Origin: Bacillota bacterium
GTDB lineage: Bacteria > Bacillota_I > Bacilli_A > RF39 > UBA660
Reading direction: 5' to 3'
DNA: 64,000 nt
Assembly (NCBI GenBank): GCA_003524085.1
Contig: DOEC01000035.1
Coordinates: 7,796 to 71,795 of the forward strand
Under the pieces are notes generated by a model. The model was not told the DNA's origin, searched no databases, and saw only the letters and a program-made list of their open reading frames with translations. Position 1 is the first letter of the stretch, and every line of letters starts with the position of its first letter. The position numbers and the translations under genes were made by a program. Shown here piece after piece: positions 59,201 to 64,000 of the stretch.

Positions 59201-61384
59201 ATGAAGGTAATTAAAAGAGATGGACATATGGTAGACTACTGTCCAGAAAAAATTGAACAAGCTATAATGAAAGCTAATAAGGAAGTAGAAGAAGAAGATC
59301 AAGCAAGCAGTACTCAAATTAAAAATATTATTAAATATATAGAGAAACTTGGTAAGAAGAGAATACTAGTTGAAGATATTCAAGACATTATAGAAATGAA
59401 ACTTATGAGTCAAGGAAAGTATGAACTTGCAAAACATTATATCACTTACAGATATACTAGAGAATTAGTAAGAAAAAGTAATACAACTGACCAATCTATT
59501 AAGGAATTAATTGATGGAGAAAGTGAGTACTGGAATACAGAAAATTCAAATAAAAATGCTAAAGTAGTAACAACACAAAGAGACTACTTAGCAGGCATAA
59601 CTAGTACTGATATAACTAGAAGATTTTTACTACCTGAAGATATAGTTGAAGCTCATGATGCAGGTATAATACACTTTCATGATGCTGACTATTTTGCACA
59701 AAATGCATTACATAATTGTGACTTAGTAAACCTAGAAGACATGCTACAAAATGGAACTAGCATTAATGGAGTAATGATAGAAAAACCACATAGATTTTTA
59801 ACAGCTATGACTATTGCAACTCAAATAATTACTGCAGTTAGTAGTAGCCAATATGGAGGTGTTACAATAACTTTAACACATCTAGCACCTTTTGTTAGAG
59901 AAAGTTATAATAGATATTTAGATAAATATAAAAAGAGAAAATTAAGTAAAGAACAATGTGAAAAATTTGCAATGGAAGATACTAAAAAAGAAATAGTAGA
60001 TGGAGTACAAACTTTCCAATATCAAGTTAATTCAATGACTACAACTAATGGTCAAGCACCATTTTTAAGTGTATGTATGTATTTAGGAGAAACCAATGAA
60101 TACAAAGAAGAATTATCTTGGATTATAGAAGAGTTCTTGCACCAACGTATATTAGGTATGAAAAATGAACAAGGTGTATATATTACTCCAGCTTTTCCAA
60201 AACTTCTTTATGTGTTAGAAGAAGATAACATTAATAAAAATGGTAAATATTACTACTTAACTAAACTAGCAGCAGAATGTACTGCAAAGAGAATGGTACC
60301 AGATTATATCAGTGAAAAAATAATGAAAGAATTAAAAATTGATAAAAATGGTAATGGTAACTGCTATCCTTGTATGGGATGTAGAAGTTTCTTAACTCCA
60401 TATGTTGATGAAAATGGTAAACCTAAATACTATGGCAGATTTAATCAAGGTGTTGTTACAATTAACTTAGTTGATGCTGCTTTATCAAGTGACAAAGATA
60501 TGGATACATTCTGGCAAATATTTGAAGAAAGACTTGAGTTATGTCATAAAGCTTTACAAATTAGACATAAACGTTTAAGCAAGGCAACAAGCGACGTTGC
60601 GCCTATACTTTGGCAACATGGTGCATTAGCAAGACTTAAAAAAGGAGAAAGCATTCATGATTTATTACATAATGGTTACTCAACAATAAGTTTGGGTTAT
60701 GCTGGACTTTATGAATGTGTTAAATACATGACAGGACACTCTCACACAGACAATGGAAAGGGTAAAGAATTTGCTCTTGAAGTTATGGAAAAAATGAATG
60801 CTAAATGTAAAGAATGGAAAGAACTTGAAAACATTGACTACAGTGTTTATGGTACACCAATAGAATCAACTACTTACAAATTTGCAAAATGTTTAAAAGA
60901 CAGGTTTGGTGTTGTTAAAGGAATTACAGATAGAGACTATATCACTAATTCATATCATGTTCCTGTGTTTGAAGAAATAGATGCATTTACTAAATTAAAA
61001 CTAGAAAGTGAATTCCAAAAACTTAGTCCAGGTGGAGCAATTAGTTATATAGAAACACCTAACCTTACTAATAACTTAGATGCAGTATTAGAAGTAATAA
61101 CATTTATTTATAACAATATTATGTATGCAGAGTTAAATACAAAGAGTGACTATTGTCAAGAATGTGGATATACTGGAGAAATATTAATAGATGATAATAT
61201 GGAATGGTACTGTCCAAACTGTGGAAATAGAGATCACAACAAACTTAATGTAGCAAGACGTACTTGTGGTTATATTGGAACTAATTTCTGGAATAAAGGA
61301 AGAACTCAAGAAATTAAAGAAAGAGTTTTACATATAGACAATAAAGAAGAAAAGGATAATAAGTTAGACAAGGAAGAAAAATAA
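59201..61384 (+). CDS. nrdD: anaerobic ribonucleoside-triphosphate reductase
   Basis: ATP-cone MKVIKRDGHMVDY; C-terminal Zn ribbon CQECGYTG..CPNCGN and glycyl-radical region RRTCGYIG. Confidence 0.9.
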   Translation: MKVIKRDGHMVDYCPEKIEQAIMKANKEVEEEDQASSTQIKNIIKYIEKLGKKRILVEDIQDIIEMKLMSQGKYELAKHYITYRYTRELVRKSNTTDQSIKELIDGESEYWNTENSNKNAKVVTTQRDYLAGITSTDITRRFLLPEDIVEAHDAGIIHFHDADYFAQNALHNCDLVNLEDMLQNGTSINGVMIEKPHRFLTAMTIATQIITAVSSSQYGGVTITLTHLAPFVRESYNRYLDKYKKRKLSKEQCEKFAMEDTKKEIVDGVQTFQYQVNSMTTTNGQAPFLSVCMYLGETNEYKEELSWIIEEFLHQRILGMKNEQGVYITPAFPKLLYVLEEDNINKNGKYYYLTKLAAECTAKRMVPDYISEKIMKELKIDKNGNGNCYPCMGCRSFLTPYVDENGKPKYYGRFNQGVVTINLVDAALSSDKDMDTFWQIFEERLELCHKALQIRHKRLSKATSDVAPILWQHGALARLKKGESIHDLLHNGYSTISLGYAGLYECVKYMTGHSHTDNGKGKEFALEVMEKMNAKCKEWKELENIDYSVYGTPIESTTYKFAKCLKDRFGVVKGITDRDYITNSYHVPVFEEIDAFTKLKLESEFQKLSPGGAISYIETPNLTNNLDAVLEVITFIYNNIMYAELNTKSDYCQECGYTGEILIDDNMEWYCPNCGNRDHNKLNVARRTCGYIGTNFWNKGRTQEIKERVLHIDNKEEKDNKLDKEEK

Positions 61385-61890
61385 TGGCAAGGTATAATTT
61401 AATTAGAAAAATGGATATTTCTGATGGACCAGGTATTAGAGTTTCTATATTTATGCAGGGATGTGCTTTCCATTGTAAGAATTGTTTTAATAAAGAAACT
61501 TGGGACTTTAAGTTAGGTCATGAATTTACTGATGAAACCATTAATAAAGTTCTAGATTTGTGCGATAACGAAGTGGTAAAAGGCTTATCTATTTTAGGAG
61601 GTGAGCCACTTCATCCACTTAATATAGAAGCATCTACAAAACTTGCAAGTGCATTTAAATGGAGATTTCCTAATAAAGATTTGTGGGTTTGGACAGGATT
61701 CTTGTATGATAGAGATTTAACTGGAAAAGAAATACTAAACTATATAGATGTTTTAGTTGATGGACAATATGTAGACGAGTTACATGACTTTAATTTAAAG
61801 TGGAGAGGTTCATCTAATCAAAGAGTTATAGACGTGAAAAAAAGTTTAAAGAAAGGAAGTATTGTATTACTAGAAAGTGCTTATGAATAA
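61384..61890 (+). CDS. nrdG: anaerobic ribonucleotide reductase activating protein (radical SAM)
   Basis: CxxxCxxC GCAFHCKNCFN; overlaps nrdD stop. Confidence 0.85.
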   Translation: MARYNLIRKMDISDGPGIRVSIFMQGCAFHCKNCFNKETWDFKLGHEFTDETINKVLDLCDNEVVKGLSILGGEPLHPLNIEASTKLASAFKWRFPNKDLWVWTGFLYDRDLTGKEILNYIDVLVDGQYVDELHDFNLKWRGSSNQRVIDVKKSLKKGSIVLLESAYE

Positions 61891-62347
61891 TAGAGGGTTT
61901 GAAGTAGCTAAAGGTTACGAAAATATGGGAGTTGTTATGCCCGTTAGAAAAACCAAATATAGTGCAGGCTATGATGTTGAAGCAATAGAAGACACAGTTA
62001 TTCCACCATTTAAGCCAGGTATGAAACCAACTTTGGTTAAAACGGGACTTAAAGCATATTGTCAGAATGATGAATTCTTTATGTTAGTCAATAGGTCAAG
62101 TAATCCTGGGAAAAAAGGACTAGTTTTAGCAAATAGTGTTGGAATAATTGATGCTGACTATTATAATAATCCAGATAACGATGGACACTTTATGTATGCA
62201 TATTATAACTATTTTAACGAAGACGTAGTTATACATAAAGGTGACGTTATTGGTCAAGCAATATTTATGAAATATTTAATAACTGATACAGATAATGCAA
62301 CCGGCGAAAGACTTGGAGGTTTCGGTTCAACAAGCAAACAAAAATAG
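61883..62347 (+). CDS. dut: dUTP diphosphatase
   Basis: motif III RSSNPGKKGLVLANSVGIIDADY and motif V ERLGGFGSTSKQ. Confidence 0.8.
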   Translation: MNNRGFEVAKGYENMGVVMPVRKTKYSAGYDVEAIEDTVIPPFKPGMKPTLVKTGLKAYCQNDEFFMLVNRSSNPGKKGLVLANSVGIIDADYYNNPDNDGHFMYAYYNYFNEDVVIHKGDVIGQAIFMKYLITDTDNATGERLGGFGSTSKQK

Positions 62348-62364
62348 TGAAAAACTCACTATTT

Positions 62365-63135
62365 TTATTTATGCACTAATACTTTAGTTCCAGCACTTAC
62401 ATTATTATATATTGTTTCAGCTGCTTCATAAGGCATATTTATACATCCATGACTTCCATTTGTTAAATAAATATCACCACCATATTCACTTCTCCACCCA
62501 TCAGCATCATGTAAGCCTATTGCTTGGTCAAATGGCATCCAATAATATACGTGACTTTTATATCCAGGACCTTTTAAATAAGTATCATATGCTTTATAAG
62601 CTATTTCAAAATATCCCATTCTAGTATGAATTCCACCGTTACCTGTAACACATGGAGTAGTCATATATAATTCATTATCCATATAAAAATTCACTGTTTG
62701 ACTACTAATATCAACTTCCACAAACATATCAGGAAGAATACCTGCATCTTCATTATTGATAAAACCAACTATTCCGTTTTCGTCTTCAATAAAATAGTAA
62801 TAATCAGTTTCTTTAGTTATAACTACTTTTTGAAATTTTCCAATTTCACTGATAACATTAGTTTCTAAAGTATCATCATATACTTTTGTATCATTCTTAA
62901 TATAACCCAAGTACATTACTTCCTTTTCTTTAATTTCATTTTCCACTTCACTTATCAATTCAGTATTATCTATAACTTCAACAACATTTTCTTCTTCTAC
63001 GTAATCCTTGTTTGTATCAATAACTTCAGTATCATTTGATATATTTTGAACAAAATCATCAAGTTCTTCCTTACTACATCCAGTTAAAGTAATTAAAGCT
63101 GCTAAAACTCCTGCTAAAGTTTTCTTATAATTCAT
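62365..63135 (-). CDS. L,D-transpeptidase lipoprotein (YkuD domain)
   Basis: lipobox LTGC; catalytic HGLHDADG...SHGCINM; RBS AAAGGTGAGG before ATG 63135. Confidence 0.8.
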   Translation of the reverse strand: MNYKKTLAGVLAALITLTGCSKEELDDFVQNISNDTEVIDTNKDYVEEENVVEVIDNTELISEVENEIKEKEVMYLGYIKNDTKVYDDTLETNVISEIGKFQKVVITKETDYYYFIEDENGIVGFINNEDAGILPDMFVEVDISSQTVNFYMDNELYMTTPCVTGNGGIHTRMGYFEIAYKAYDTYLKGPGYKSHVYYWMPFDQAIGLHDADGWRSEYGGDIYLTNGSHGCINMPYEAAETIYNNVSAGTKVLVHK

Positions 63136-63286
63136 AAATATCCTCACCTTTGACTAAATATTCTACACTCTTTTAGTAAAAATGTAAAGAGATTTAAATC
63201 AATATTATGTAATTAAAACACTTAATATGTATAAAGTATTTTATGATAAAATAAAGTGGACTTTTTTCAAGAAAAAAACCGACTTA

Positions 63287-64000
63287 TTATCGGTTTAACA
63301 TCCAATTATTATATATATCAGCGTTAGAACTACTTGGCGCAGGATTTGCTTTTTCCATTTTAATTATCATAGGTATCTTTAAAATTCTACCGAAAGCAAC
63401 ACAAGTACCTGGCTGCAAACTCTTTTGTTTGTTGATAATTTCTTCGCTCATATTAGGTATCATTTTTTCAATATACTCTAAATCAAGTGGGTGAGTAATT
63501 TTAAAAATTATAAAGTTATCTAACTGACTTATTACATTACCATTTAAATCTGTTGGTCTCTGAGTAATAAGGTCTAGTATAACACCGTGTTTTCTTCCTT
63601 CTTTAGCAATTCTTTCAAATATATTATAACCAATTAATTCTTGATCTGTATCTTCTCTAACATATCTATGAGCTTCTTCAAGCATTATATGAATAGGTAT
63701 ACTTGCACGTGGTTCATTAGTTTTACCAAAAAGTAAGAACATTCTACTAAATATCTTTGTAACAGTTCTAGCAAATCTATCATCAACATCTTCTAAGTTA
63801 ATATTAATTATTTGTGCTTTTTTATTATCCTTAGTAGTAACTAAAGCCGCGATATAATCTTTAACACTATTATACTTTTTATCAGTAAAGAATACACTAT
63901 TACTTGAATTAATCAAATTATGTAGTTTTACTTTTAAACTAATTGCTTCATTATACATCTTCTCATTAAGTAAATATCTCTCACTAAATAAAGTAAAATT
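63287..64000 (-). CDS. 3'-terminal part of a HerA/FtsK-like (DUF87) ATPase gene; 5' end beyond window
   Basis: minus-strand frame open to nt 64000; motifs IMLEEAHRY (Walker B-like) and HGVILDLITQRPTDL. Confidence 0.5.
   Translation of the reverse strand, partial: NFTLFSERYLLNEKMYNEAISLKVKLHNLINSSNSVFFTDKKYNSVKDYIAALVTTKDNKKAQIININLEDVDDRFARTVTKIFSRMFLLFGKTNEPRASIPIHIMLEEAHRYVREDTDQELIGYNIFERIAKEGRKHGVILDLITQRPTDLNGNVISQLDNFIIFKITHPLDLEYIEKMIPNMSEEIINKQKSLQPGTCVAFGRILKIPMIIKMEKANPAPSSSNADIYNNWMLNR

Overview
This 64 kb window is an AT-rich (roughly 28% GC) chromosomal segment from a low-GC Gram-positive anaerobe, probably Clostridia-like. The evidence for that placement is the T-box leader on leuS, the glmS ribozyme, an LtaS-type lipoteichoic acid synthase, nrdDG, an ECF sigma/anti-sigma pair, and an NlpC/P60 hydrolase. 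Housekeeping genes (leuS, glmS, cysS, nrdD/nrdG, dut, and a tmk carrying an in-frame stop) are interleaved with accessory DNA. The accessory regions are as follows.
(1) 12.4-23.6 kb is a defense-type island: an SNF2 helicase with a SWIM finger, a helicase remnant, an AbiH-like ORF, a KAP-family membrane NTPase, and a two-gene operon that ends in a TIR-domain protein.
(2) 29.2-33.8 kb is a decaying island abutting the 3' end of tRNA-Gly(GCC). It contains pseudogene debris, a tRNA-binding-domain protein and a large ORF with a C-terminal PD-(D/E)xK nuclease.
(3) 37-48.6 kb holds a NERD protein, a NucS-like nuclease-fold protein, and a type I R-M system (hsdM-hsdS-[PrrC-like anticodon nuclease]-[2-TM membrane protein]-hsdR). 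A G10 homopolymer sits in a short upstream ORF that is translationally coupled to hsdM. Two tandem DUF3800 paralogs follow.
(4) 54.1-54.7 kb is an array of four tandem ~160 bp repeats. Each carries a near-consensus promoter and a short leaderless ORF on the minus strand. Downstream is a Nudix/NrtR-like regulator plus an operon of HAD, three unknown proteins and a PGM-family phosphatase.
Other observations: a candidate type I toxin-antitoxin locus at 4.1-4.45 kb, an ASCH plus HAD RNA-repair-like pair, an orphan terminator followed by a 15-codon ORF, and a high-GC, codon-atypical 36-codon segment inside an otherwise AT-rich secreted-protein gene.
Coordinates of non-coding features are approximate, within a few nt. 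All functional calls come from motif-level reading of the translated sequence, not from database searches.
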